Assembly: GCA_963719315.1 (NCBI GenBank)
Contig: CAVRBU010000004.1
Span: forward strand, 416,001-480,000
Length of the DNA stretch: 64,000 nucleotides
Direction: 5' to 3'
Origin: an uncultured Planctomycetota bacterium
GTDB taxonomy: Bacteria; Planctomycetota; Planctomycetia; Pirellulales; Lacipirellulaceae
Shown piece by piece: positions 29,384 to 40,149 of the stretch (position 1 is its first letter; every line of letters begins with the position of its first letter). Below the pieces are notes generated by a model. That model made no database searches. It had not been told where the DNA came from and saw only the letters and a program-made list of their open reading frames with translations. The translations under genes were made by a program, and so were the position numbers.

Positions 29384-30457
29384 ATGGCTAAGTCCGCCGC
29401 GAAAGCAGGCGTTGTGAGCGCGCTGGATTACTTGGCGCATCCGGAGAAACATTCGGCGGCAAGCGTGTGCGCGGTGTTTGGCGATGATTCGTTTCTTAAG
29501 TCGGAAGTACTGACGGCGCTACGGCGGCAGGTGCTTGGCGGGAGCGAGGGCGAATTTGGCCTCACGACATTTGCGGGCCGCGAGGTCCTGTTGCGCGACG
29601 TACGGGATGCGCTTTCGTCGATGTCGTTGTTTGGCGATGGGCAGCGGCTGGTGATCATCGAGGAGGCCGATCCGTTTGTCACCGAGTATCGCGCGGAACT
29701 CGAAGATTTCGTCGCAGCCCCTGCGCGGGGTGTGCTCGTGCTCGACGTAAAGACGTGGCCCGGCAACACGCGGCTGGCGAAAGCGGTGGCGGCGAGCGGA
29801 ATGTCGATTGATTGCAAGTCGCCCAGCGAGCGGCAGATCAAAAGTTGGCTTACTCAGCGGGCCAAAAACGTATACCAGGCGCGGCTCGATGCGGCGGCGG
29901 CGGATGCGCTCGTAGAGTTAGTGCCGCCGGAGCTGGGCATTCTGGTCCAAGAGGTGGCCAAGTTGGCATTGATGGTCGGCGAGTCGCGCGTGATTGACGT
30001 GAGCCTCGTGCGCGAAAATGTTGGCGGTTGGCGGACGCGGGCGACTTGGGACATGGTGGATGCCGCCGCGGATGGCCGCGCGGCCGACGCGCTCGCGCAG
30101 CTCGATCGGCTGATTGCCTCCGGGGAGAAGCCGCACGGACTGTTGCCGCAGATGGCGTCGTCGTTCCGGCGATTCGCCACGGCCGTGGAGCTGATCGAAG
30201 CGGCCGAAGCGGACCGGCGGCGGATAACGCCCCGCGACGCGCTGGCCCAGGCGGGCGTCTTGCCGTTCAAACTCTCCGACGCCGAGCGGCAGCTTCGGCA
30301 AATCGGCCGTAAGCGAGCCCGGCATCTCACCGAGTGGCTGCTAGCAGCCGACCTGGCGATCAAGGGTCACCATTCGGCGGATGACCGCGCTCGAATTGAG
30401 CTCGAACGGCTGATCGTGCGACTCTCGGCGGCTGCGGCGCGGGTTGCCGCGATGTAG
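29384..30457 (+). CDS. holA: DNA polymerase III delta subunit
   Basis: GDD.FL, SLFG..RLV, EV.KL, DLAIKG...ELERLI. Confidence 0.88.
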   Translation: MAKSAAKAGVVSALDYLAHPEKHSAASVCAVFGDDSFLKSEVLTALRRQVLGGSEGEFGLTTFAGREVLLRDVRDALSSMSLFGDGQRLVIIEEADPFVTEYRAELEDFVAAPARGVLVLDVKTWPGNTRLAKAVAASGMSIDCKSPSERQIKSWLTQRAKNVYQARLDAAAADALVELVPPELGILVQEVAKLALMVGESRVIDVSLVRENVGGWRTRATWDMVDAAADGRAADALAQLDRLIASGEKPHGLLPQMASSFRRFATAVELIEAAEADRRRITPRDALAQAGVLPFKLSDAERQLRQIGRKRARHLTEWLLAADLAIKGHHSADDRARIELERLIVRLSAAAARVAAM

Positions 30458-30772
30458 CCGATTTTCTCCAATCGAAGATTCGCTGTGGCAAAATCTCGGA
30501 TTTTGACAGTATTGGTGAAAACCCCCCGCTACCCCCGCTACCTGCTGGTAAACTCGCCCTGGACAGTCGGGCCCGAAAATTGGTATATCTTGACCTGCCT
30601 TACGGAAACGCTCTATCTTAGGCTGCTTACGGGGAACGGTCGGATGCTGTCGTTCGAGCGACTGGTCTGGCCGATTGGCCCGGCGTTGGTACGATTTCGG
30701 CAGGCAGCACTGTCTGCATTCACAATATAGCGACTTAAAGAAACATAGTTAGTTAGCAGGAGGATCGAAAAG

Positions 30773-31021
30773 GTGGCCGCCACAGTAATGGAACGAGTTA
30801 AAGATATCGTCGCCGACAACTTGGGCGTCGATCGGGAGAAGATTACGCCGGAGACGTTTTTCGTCAACGATCTGGGGGCCGATTCGCTCGATACGGTCGA
30901 ACTGGTCATGGAATTGGAAGAAGAGTTCGACATTAACATTCCGGACGACGCCGCCGAGAAGATTCAAACCGTTGGTCAAGCCGTTCAATACATTGAGAGC
31001 GGCATGAACGGGAAGAGTTGA
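30773..31021 (+). CDS. acpP: Acyl carrier protein
   Basis: [20 protein letters not shown]. Confidence 0.98.
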   Translation: MAATVMERVKDIVADNLGVDREKITPETFFVNDLGADSLDTVELVMELEEEFDINIPDDAAEKIQTVGQAVQYIESGMNGKS

Positions 31022-31029
31022 GCGTCGAG

Positions 31030-31152
31030 GGGTGGCATGCTCTCGTGAAGTACGAGGAGCATGCCCACGCTCGCAATCAGTGTTCTCGTGCTTCACGTGA
31101 GCAAGGTGCGAGCGAGGGCATGCCACCCGATTTGCTCCCTGCTCCCTGCTCC
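31030..31152. repeat. GGGTG-type REP doublet plus TGCTCCC x3 tandem repeat
   Basis: GGGTGGCATGCTCTCG (31030) / CGAGGGCATGCCACCC (31113-31128); heptamers at 31133-31152. Confidence 0.65.
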
Positions 31153-31162
31153 GAGCTTGTCT

Positions 31163-32399
31163 ATGAAACGACGCGTCGTCGTCACTGGGATTGGTGCCGT
31201 CACATCGCTGAGCTGCAAGGTTGATGACTTGTGGCAGAAGCTGCTGCGCGGGCAGAGCGGCGTCCATAATCTTAAAGCGTTCGACACCAGCCAGCATAAG
31301 GTGAAGTTCGGCGGCGACATTTACGATTGGTCGATGGAAGGATACGTCGAGCGCAAGGAAGAAAAGCGGATCGACCGCTTCACGCAGTTCGCGATGGTCG
31401 CCGGCATCGATGCGGTGAACGACTCCGGCCTCGACTTCGAGAAAGAAGAAGCGTTTCGCTGCGGCGTAATTCTGGGCTCGGGAATCGGTGGGCTGACGGA
31501 AATCGAAGCCCAGCACGAAAGGCTGATCACGAAAGGTCCGGACAAAGTCTCCGCGTTCACGATTCCTAAGCTGATGCTCAACGCGGCCAGCGGGCACGTT
31601 TCGATTCGTTACGGCCTGCGCGGCCCGAACTACGCGGTGGCCACCGCGTGTGCCAGCGCCACGAACGCGATGGGCGACGCCTTCAAAGCGATTCAATACG
31701 ACGATGCCGATATCATGATCACCGGCGGCACCGAAGCGGCATGCACGCCGATGGGCCTGGCCGGTTTTGCCAACATGCGGGCTCTTTCCGAGCGGCACGA
31801 CGATCCGGCCAGCGCCAGCCGGCCGTTCGACGCCGATCGGGACGGATTCGTCCTTTCCGAAGGCGCCGGGTTGTTGGTGTTCGAGGAGTTGGAACACGCC
31901 CAGGCCCGCGGCGCGAGGATCTATGCTGAAATCCTGGGCTACGGGGCAAGCGCCGATGGCGGCCACATCACGCAGCCGGACGCCGAGGGAATCGGCGCGG
32001 CGAAGGCGATGTCCGGCGCTGCGGGACGCCAAAATCAACGCCGACGCGATCGACTACATCAATGCCCACGGCACGAGCACGCCGCTGGGCGATAAGGCCG
32101 AGACGTTCGCCATCAAAACCGTATTCGGCGACGCGGCCCGCAAAGTGAGCATCTCGAGCACCAAGAGCCAGCTCGGCCATTTGCTGGGCGCCAGCGGCGG
32201 CGTGGAGTTGGTGATCTGCATGAAGGCGCTCCAGCACAACATCTGCCCGCCGACGATCAACTACCACACGCCCGATCCGGATTGCGATCTGGACTACACG
32301 CCGAACACGCCGCGGGAACGCCAACTCCGCGCGGTGATGAGCAACAGCTTCGGCTTCGGCGGGCACAACGCGTCGATCATCGCCGGCCGGGCGGCGTAG
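31163..32399 (+). CDS. fabF: 3-oxoacyl-ACP synthase II, frameshifted near 32012
   Basis: [35 protein letters not shown] split over two frames. Confidence 0.95.
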
Positions 32400-32412
32400 A
32401 TCGCCTTTCTTT

Positions 32413-32489
32413 GTAGGGTGTGTCGAGTCTTCGAGACACACCCTATGGCGAAGGGATTTGGTGTGTCTCGCGGATTCGACACACCCTAC
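32413..32489. repeat. REP doublet family B
   Basis: GTAGGGTGTGTCGAGTCTTCGAGACACACC ... GGTGTGTCTCGCGGATTCGACACACCCTAC. Confidence 0.88.
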
Positions 32490-32601
32490 GGCAACGGCTA
32501 CGGCTGCCTGGTTGCTTTTGCACGCGACAGTCGCTATCTTAAGAGCCACGTTCGTAGCCATCGTGCATCTCCTTTTGATCAGGCAACTTGTCGAGAGAGC
32601 T

Positions 32602-33472
32602 ATGCGACGAATCGCAATGAGCGCCGCGCTCGCGGCCCTGGGCTTGGCATCGGCGGCAAAGGCCGTCGACGTAAACTATTCATTTTCGGTCCAGGTCTTT
32701 TCGGTCGATCCGGGAATTACGCTGATCGCCCCCGGCGATTTCTTTGAGATTAGCTACACCATCAACCAAAGTCTGGCCGATCAAGACAGCTCGATTGGCA
32801 ATGGCAGCTTTCCTTCGTTGGCGAGTACTTTTTCGCTCGCCGCGCGCCCGCTCAATGCGGGCACGTGGAATCCGACGGGCGGCGCCTTTGATTTGGCGGG
32901 CTCCAATTACGTGACCAATGCGTTTGGAGACAACTACACGTTTCAAATGCGCGGCAGCGGTTTTCCGAACGGCGGGCCGGGCGTCACGTTTCTGGATTTG
33001 GATCTGAACTGGACATGGACAGCCGGCATTACGGATTCAGGGCTCGGCGATCAGTTCGTCACGCAATTCGGCGGCGGCACATTCAATCCGGCACAGGCTG
33101 TCATGCGGTTTTCGGCGATCCGCTTTTTGGCCGCTCCCGGCGATTTTCGCGAGGTGCGGATCTTGCCGGAGACGCCCGCGATGCCGGGCGACTACAACGT
33201 GAATGGCGTCGTCGACGCGGCCGATTATGTGTTGTGGCGCAAGCAACCGCCCGGCTTCGGCATCCTAGTCAATGATGCCACGCCTGGCATTGTGAGTTCC
33301 ACGGATTACGACGTTCTGGCGGGCCCATTTCGGCCAGGCGACGGGAAGCGGGGTTAGTTCGATCGAAAACGTCGGGGCCGTGCCGGAACCGGATTCTGTC
33401 ACTATGCTCTGCCTCGTCGTGCTCGCCGGCCTCACCGGCGCGTTCAGGCTCCGCAGCCGGACAGCGGCATGA
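32602..33472 (+). CDS. PEP-CTERM protein with dockerin-like module, frameshifted near 33314
   Basis: Signal AKA-V; PGDYNVNGVVDAADYVLWRK; WRAHFG...VPEP-TM-RLR in the shifted frame. Confidence 0.85.
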
Positions 33473-33524
33473 CCGTCGGCACCCGCATCGACCGGCGGCG
33501 ACGTTGGTTCGATGACCAACTTTG

Positions 33525-33602
33525 GTAGGGTGTGACGAGTCTTCGAGACACACCTCCGGCGGATCGGAATCTAGTGTGTCTCGCGGACTCGACACACCCT
33601 AC
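33525..33602. repeat. REP doublet family B
   Basis: GTAGGGTGTGACGAGTCTTCGAGACACACC ... GTGTGTCTCGCGGACTCGACACACCCTAC. Confidence 0.88.
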
Positions 33603-33624
33603 AACTGAGGTTGCACTACTGCTC

Positions 33625-33651
33625 AGGTTCCGCTCGGCAAGCGGGACCTAC
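33625..33651 (-). repeat. Single REP family A
   Basis: AGGTTCCGCTCGGCAAGCGGGACCTAC on the + strand. Confidence 0.8.
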
Positions 33652-33688
33652 TAGCCGTCTGCGGCAAGTCGGAGGCCGCCGGGGTATA

Positions 33689-35374
33689 ATGGCCGGGCCC
33701 TATTCGCTCTCGCCTTTCAGGAGAATCCACTCAAGTGCTCGATCATCTTTCATCCGGTGTTGTCGTCCGTTGTGTCTCTGCGCTGGCCGACTGTTTAGTT
33801 TCCTTGTGATTGCAGCCGTCAGCACGAGTGCGATGGCGGAGACGGCCGCGACCGCAAAGCCGCGGCCGAACATTTTGCTGATCCTGGCCGACGACCTCGG
33901 TTATTCGGACCTGGGCTGCTACGGCAGCGAGATTCAGACGCCGAATCTCGATCGGCTGGCTCAAGATGGCTTGCGATTCACGCAGTTTTACAACACGGCC
34001 CGGTGTTGGCCGACGCGCGGGGCGCTGCTCACGGGCTATTACGCGCAACAAATTCGGCGCGACGTGATTCCGGGTGATCCGCCGATTGCCGTCGGGAGTC
34101 GGCCGAGTTGGGCGACGTTGTTGCCGGCGATGTTGAAGTCGGCCGGGTATCGTTCGTATCACTCCGGCAAATGGCACATCGACGGGAAGCCGGTGGAAAA
34201 TGGATTCGACCGCTCGTATTGGGTGGACGACCAGGACCGCTATTTCAGTCCACAAAGAACGTACAAAGACGATCAACCATTGCCGCCGGTGAAGCGCGAC
34301 GCGGGCTACTACGCGACCGTCGCCATCGCCGACCACGCGATCGAATGTCTTAAGGAGCATGCGGCCGAGCACAGTCAACAACCGTTCTTTGAGTATCTGG
34401 CGTTCACATCGCCCCATTTTCCGATTCAGGCACTGCCCGAGGACATCGAGCGGTATCGAACGCGTTACCGCGAGGGCTGGGAAGCGGTGCGACGAGCGCG
34501 TTGGGAGCGGCAGCAATCAACCGGCGTCGCGAAAGGCACGCTGTCGGCTGTCGAGCCGAAAATCGGGCCGCGGATCGACCGCGCGCACGCCCTCGAGAAG
34601 TTGGGGCCCGGCGAGATCAATCGACCACGGCCGTGGGACGAGCTGACCGCGGAGCAAGCCGAGTTCCAGGCCACGAAGATGGCGATTCACGCGGCCATGA
34701 TCGATCGCATGGACCGTGAAATCGGTCGCGTGCTGGATCAGGTTCGCCGGATGGGCGCGTGGGACAATACTCTCATTTTGTTTTTGTCGGACAACGGCGC
34801 GAGCGCCGAGATCATGGTCCGCGGCGACGGGCACGATCGCTCGGCTTCTCCCGGCTCGGCGGATAGCTTTCTGTGTCTCGGTCCGGGGTGGTCGACGTGC
34901 AGCAACACGCCGTTCCGCCGGCACAAGACGTGGGTCTTCGAGGGTGGCATCTCGACGCCGCTCATCGTTCACTGGCCGACCGGCATCGCGGCCAAGGGCG
35001 AGTTTCGCCGCAACCCAGGACATGTGATTGATATCGTGCCGACGATCCTCGAAGTGGCGGGCGGCAAACGTCCGGCAACGGCATCCGCAGCGCCACCGCC
35101 ACCTGGCAAGAGTCTGTTTCCCGTCTTCACGCGCGACGACAGCGTGTCGCACGATTATTTCTGGTGGCTGCACGAAGGCACGCGTGCGATTCGCGTGGGC
35201 GATTGGAAACTAGTTGCCGACAAGGATGCGCCGTGGGAGCTTTATGATATGCGAACTGACCGAGCCGAGTCGATCAATCTTGTGGGCAAACAGCCGGAGA
35301 AGGCGCGGGAGATGGAAGCGAGATGGAACGCTCTGCTCCAGGAGTTCCGCAAAGAGGCGACGAGTACCGACTGA
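33689..35374 (+). CDS. Arylsulfatase (formylglycine-dependent; start uncertain)
   Basis: PNILLILADDLG, CWPTR (CxPxR), GKWH, SDNG. Confidence 0.93.
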   Translation: MAGPYSLSPFRRIHSSARSSFIRCCRPLCLCAGRLFSFLVIAAVSTSAMAETAATAKPRPNILLILADDLGYSDLGCYGSEIQTPNLDRLAQDGLRFTQFYNTARCWPTRGALLTGYYAQQIRRDVIPGDPPIAVGSRPSWATLLPAMLKSAGYRSYHSGKWHIDGKPVENGFDRSYWVDDQDRYFSPQRTYKDDQPLPPVKRDAGYYATVAIADHAIECLKEHAAEHSQQPFFEYLAFTSPHFPIQALPEDIERYRTRYREGWEAVRRARWERQQSTGVAKGTLSAVEPKIGPRIDRAHALEKLGPGEINRPRPWDELTAEQAEFQATKMAIHAAMIDRMDREIGRVLDQVRRMGAWDNTLILFLSDNGASAEIMVRGDGHDRSASPGSADSFLCLGPGWSTCSNTPFRRHKTWVFEGGISTPLIVHWPTGIAAKGEFRRNPGHVIDIVPTILEVAGGKRPATASAAPPPPGKSLFPVFTRDDSVSHDYFWWLHEGTRAIRVGDWKLVADKDAPWELYDMRTDRAESINLVGKQPEKAREMEARWNALLQEFRKEATSTD

Positions 35375-35473
35375 AATCCTTGTGTCGGGCTCTCCCCTTT
35401 TTTTCGGGCTGTATGATGGAGCGGTATTCAAAATGTTTGGAATTTTTTTTCTTGTGATTTGTTTGGGAACTAA

Positions 35474-36810
35474 CAGTACTGTCCGGCTAATGTCTGGTTG
35501 ATTTCGTATAACCTAAACAATTTCAATGAGTTGCGTTGAGTCATGTGTGTACACGACTTGAACTGGCAAGCAGGCTTAACCCTCGACGGTGGCATTTTTT
35601 CGTTGCCGAAACCGTCGAGGAGGGCTTGTGTACGACGGTCAACTTGTGTTTGCACAGTTGATGAACTTTTTGCCGCGGCGAGAGTTCAGCGCTTGCGTCG
35701 AGAGGTACAGTGGTCATCATCGCAATCGCGGCTTTTCGTGCCGCGATCAGTTCTTGTGTCTGGGGTTCGCGCAACTCACGTTCCGAGAGAGCCTGCGAGA
35801 CATCGAAACGTGCCTGCGCGCCTTGGAACCGAAGCTCTATCACGCTGGGTTTCGCGGCAAGGTCTCGCGGAGCACGTTGGCCGATGCCAATCGCGCGCAC
35901 GACTGGCGAATTTATGCCGACTTGGCCCAAGTCTTGATCCGTCGCGCGCGAAAGCTCTACGCCCACGAGCCGCTGGGCGTCGAGCTGGTGCAAACCGTCT
36001 ACGCGCTCGATTCGACGACCATCGACTTGTGCTTGAGCTTGTTTCCCTGGGCCAAGTTTCGTCGTCGCAAGGGGGCCATCAAACTCCATACTCTGCTCGA
36101 CCTGCGCGGGGCGATTCCGTGTTTTATCCACATTTCGCACGGGAAAATGCACGATGTGAACGTCCTCGATCACTTGCCGATCGAACCCGGCGCGTTCTAC
36201 GTCATGGACCGCGGCTACGTCGATTTCCAGCGGCTCTATCGCTTCACGTTGGCCGCCGCGTTCTTTGTCACTCGAAGCAAGAAGAATCTCGATTGTACCC
36301 GCCGCGCTCGTCGCAAAGTCGACAAGGCGTCGGGTCTGCGCAGCGATCAGACAATCGTCTTGGCTGGCCCCAAATCGTCGCGGGCGTACCCCGTCCCGCT
36401 CCGCCGGATCGCGTTCTACGACACCGAGCACAGACGACGGCTGGTGTTCCTGACCAACAACTTCACCTTGCCCGCGCTCACCATTGCGCAGCTCTACAAG
36501 TGCCGTTGGCAAGTCGAGTTGTTCTTCAAGTGGATCAAACAGCATCTGCGGATCAAAGCTTTCTACGGCACGACCGACAATGCCGTGAAGACACAAGTGT
36601 GGATCGCCATCAGTGTTTATGTGCTGGTCGCTATCGTGAAAAAGGAACTGCGAATCGAACGAAGCCTATCCGACATTTTGCAAGTCCTCAGCCTCACACT
36701 GTTCGAGAAAATCCCGTTGTTTGAGGCTCTTGACAACAAAAACCGACCGTTTCCAGAAACCTCTAATCCTAACCAATTGAAACTGTTCGACTTATAGCCG
36801 GACAGTAGTG
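35474..36810 (+). mobile_element. IS4-family insertion sequence with 9-bp target duplication
   Basis: Terminal repeats CAGTACTGTCCGGCTA and TAGCCGGACAGTAGTG; GGGAACTAA duplicated at 35465-35473 and 36811-36819. Confidence 0.93.
35628..36797 (+). CDS. IS4 transposase (DUF4372-type N-terminus)
   Basis: ALDSTTI, MDRGY, YKCRWQVELFFKWIKQ (YREK); GTG start after GAGGAGG. Confidence 0.95.
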   Translation: MYDGQLVFAQLMNFLPRREFSACVERYSGHHRNRGFSCRDQFLCLGFAQLTFRESLRDIETCLRALEPKLYHAGFRGKVSRSTLADANRAHDWRIYADLAQVLIRRARKLYAHEPLGVELVQTVYALDSTTIDLCLSLFPWAKFRRRKGAIKLHTLLDLRGAIPCFIHISHGKMHDVNVLDHLPIEPGAFYVMDRGYVDFQRLYRFTLAAAFFVTRSKKNLDCTRRARRKVDKASGLRSDQTIVLAGPKSSRAYPVPLRRIAFYDTEHRRRLVFLTNNFTLPALTIAQLYKCRWQVELFFKWIKQHLRIKAFYGTTDNAVKTQVWIAISVYVLVAIVKKELRIERSLSDILQVLSLTLFEKIPLFEALDNKNRPFPETSNPNQLKLFDL

Positions 36811-36933
36811 GGGAACTAAATAAAATCCTAAAATCCGTAGTTCGCGAGACCATCTTTGCGGATTCGCGCACTACCGATTGATGCTTAAGGAAGCGCTACT
36901 GATTTGATTTTCATTCAAAATGTGGAGGCGACC

Positions 36934-37270
36934 ATGACGAAGCAACGTTTCTCGTTTACTCTGATTGTTGCGGCCGTAGTGCTCTCAACCGGCAAAGCGA
37001 CGGCGGCATTGATTCTGTACGAGCCTTTTGAATATGATCCTGCTCAAGGGCTAGCCGGCATGGATGGGCAGGCGGGCGCTGCCGAACGATCCGACGTGAG
37101 GCACGATCGGCGTGGCTCAGTACAACACGTGGCGCAATAACTATGGCAACCCGCCGGGCAGCGGCAGCGGGCTGGACGCCGCGCAAGTGCCGGAACCGAC
37201 GGCGTTCATGTTATTTGCCACCGCCGCATCCCTTGCAATCGGGTTCGGAACCCGCGACGCCCGCGGGGGC
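36934..37270 (+). pseudogene. Internally deleted PEP-CTERM gene remnant (end approximate)
   Basis: GGAGG RBS and signal peptide plus ALILYEPFEY, joined out of frame to LPNDPT*GTIGVAQYNTWRNNYG...VPEP-TM. Confidence 0.75.
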
Positions 37271-37340
37271 GTCTGCGACAAAAAAGGCATCCGGATTAAC
37301 GAATTTCTTCAACACACGCTTGATAACGAAGGTGAATGCT

Positions 37341-40149
37341 ATGAGCCGCACAAACGGTTTCATTCGCGCGGTAGTGTTTTTGGTGGCTGGATTGGCATCG
37401 GTTTCCATTGCCCAAGCCAAGAATTGGGCCGATGGCACCGGCAACTGGAACGTGCCTGCGAATTGGAGCCCGGCCGCGGTGCCGGTGGGCGGCGAGACGG
37501 TCAACATTGTGAACACGGATGGCACGGCCCGCACGGTGACGCTAAACGTTTCGCCGCCGTCCTTGGCGCTAATCACGATCGACCTGACCGGCGCGGGCAC
37601 GGCTGCCAATACACTGTCGATTACGAGCAACTTCAACCTCACATCGAATGCGCTGTTCGTCGGCGGGCATAACGGCAGCGGACTTACCAATGGCCGGGGC
37701 GCCGTTAGCCAGGACAATGGTACGGTCACGATGGTCGCAGGATCGGACCTGGTTGTGGGTTATGGCGCCGGCTCGACCGGTACTTACACATTGAACGGCG
37801 GGTTCCTGAACGCGCCGCAGTCGGAATTCATTGGCTCTATAGGAAGGGGGACCGTGAATCAAACGGGTGGCAAGAATACGATTGGCGTCGGCACAATTGA
37901 TTACCTCAATCTAGGCACGTCTTCCAGTGGCATAGGAAATTACAACCTCAGCGGCACCGGGCAACTTGTGTCGCTTAAAACGGAGATCATCGGCGATGCG
38001 GGCACCGGCGTCTTCACGCAAACGGGAGGAAGCAACCGTTTACCCAATTCCTTACTGGATGACATTTACATCGGCTACAGGTCAGGAGGCGTCGGAACTT
38101 ATAGCATTAGCGGAGGCGAGTTTTATACAGGCGGCAATGTGAACGTCGGCGTTGGCGGCACGGGGACGCTAAATATCTCGGGCACGGGTGATTTCCAGGC
38201 CGGCGATGGCGCTGACTCTTTGACCCTTGGCGCTAATGGACATCTTAACATCACGGGAGGTAAGTTACAGTTCAGTAATTTCAGTAAGGCGGCTACTTCG
38301 ACGCTCAACTACACTGCCGGGGCAATTCAGCTTCCATCAGGTGATCGAACGTTAAACGGAGCTAACACAAGCGATTCCCTGTTGAACACATTCTTTCCTC
38401 CCTCCCCATTTCTCAACTTCCGTGAGATTACCGCCGGCAAGGAGCTAATCGTCGCGGGGACAACGTGGATTACCGATCCAACAGCTGTAAGCGTTAGTGG
38501 CGGGAAACTCACGTCACTTGGCTCATTGGAAATTGGCCTTACAGGCCCTTCATCCGATTACAGTCACCTTTTCGTTGGGAATGGCGGTACGGTAGAAGCG
38601 GCTCAATGCGCGATAGGGATTGCCGGAAAAAATGGAGAACTTTTGGTGGTTCAAAACAGCACGTTTCGTGCGACCAATGGAATCCAACTGGGTGGGATTG
38701 GCGGCTCGGGATTTCTCGAAATTGATGATTCGCTGGTCGATGCGGGGTCGAGTCTATTCATTGGCGAATCGGCAATCGTCCTCATTGATAACGGTACCCT
38801 GCGGTTCACCTCGTACTCCCGGTCGAGCTCAGCAACAGTCGAATTCCTAAGCGGCGAAATCCAACTCGTGGGAGATCGTACAATTGGTTCCGATTCGGCA
38901 GTTAACGACTTCTTCGGCGCTGCTCCTACGTTGCCGCGTGGAAAATCACTGGTTGTGGAAGGCATCGCGACGCTCACGACGCCCCTTCTCATCGACCGGG
39001 GAACTTTCAAAACGAACAGTCTGGTTGTTGGCTCCGGCGGTGCTCTCGATTTTGACCGCGGGGTGCTGGAAATAAACGGCGGGGTCATCCAGGGGCTGCC
39101 TGAACTCGTCGTCCCGACGAACGGTGAGTTTCGGGGCAGAAACGAACAAAGGCTGAGAATTGTGGGCGCTACTGGCTCCACGATGACCGCTACCGACAAT
39201 TGGCTGATCGGTGATCCTGCGGCCTCGAACGGCTTCTACACCAACGGCGCACTTAATACTGGACAATACTCGGTAACACTGCAGGACGCCAACGATGCGG
39301 TTCTCGATTCCGGCGGCTCGCCACCATTGGGAGTGCTGGAAACTCCGGGATACTCGCCGCTCCCAACGGGCTAACACTCGATTTTGGCGGCAACATCGCA
39401 GGCTACGGAACTGTGAGCACGCCGAATATCTTGGCAAAGCCGACGATCATCAACGGGCACGTTACGGGAAACAGCGCCGCGCAAAAGATTACGATGACCG
39501 GCTATGTGAAGGGAGTAGGCACGTTCGATAACGTGACCTTTGCCGGCACGTTCTCGCCCGGACTTTCGCCGACTGTGACGTCGGCCGGTAGTATCTCGCT
39601 GGCCGCGTCGAACACCCTCGTAATGGAGATTGGCGGCACGACAGCCGGTTCAACTTACGACCAGATTCAAGCTTCGGGCGCGTTGGATCTGGGCGGTGTT
39701 TTGCAGATCTCGTTGATCAACGGATATGTTCCATCCGCCGGGCAGTCATTCGACATTCTGAATTGGGGCAGCATCAACGGCACGTTTTCCTCCATCAACC
39801 TGCCGACGCTCGCTGGCCTGAGTTGGAACACGAGCCAGTTGTACACGACCGGCGTCCTGTCGGTGGCGAGTGCCGGCCTGTCCGGCCACTACAACCACGA
39901 CAGCAAGGTGGACGCTGCCGACTACGTGCTGTGGCGCAGCGACCCGGCGAGTTTTGGCGGAGACCCGGATGGCTACACACCTGGCGGGCGAATTTCGGCA
40001 ACCCGCCGGGAAGTGGCAGCGGATTCGGAAGCACAAGTGTGCCGGAACCGTCCGCAATCTGGTTGATAATGACCGGCGTGGGCGGCGCTTTCGCGCTGTG
40101 CCGCGGCCACGGCGGCCGTGTATGCTCCATGCTACGGCCTTCGCCCTAA
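37341..40149 (+). CDS. Beta-helical adhesin-like PEP-CTERM protein, frameshifts near 39320 and 39977
   Basis: Three consecutive ORF pieces give signal, Gly-rich beta repeats, EIGG cap, dockerin-like module and VPEP. Confidence 0.82.

Noticed and set aside
32413..33651. Repeat clusters as a CRISPR array
   Set aside because: The repeats are inverted doublets with no regular spacer series, and no cas genes are present.
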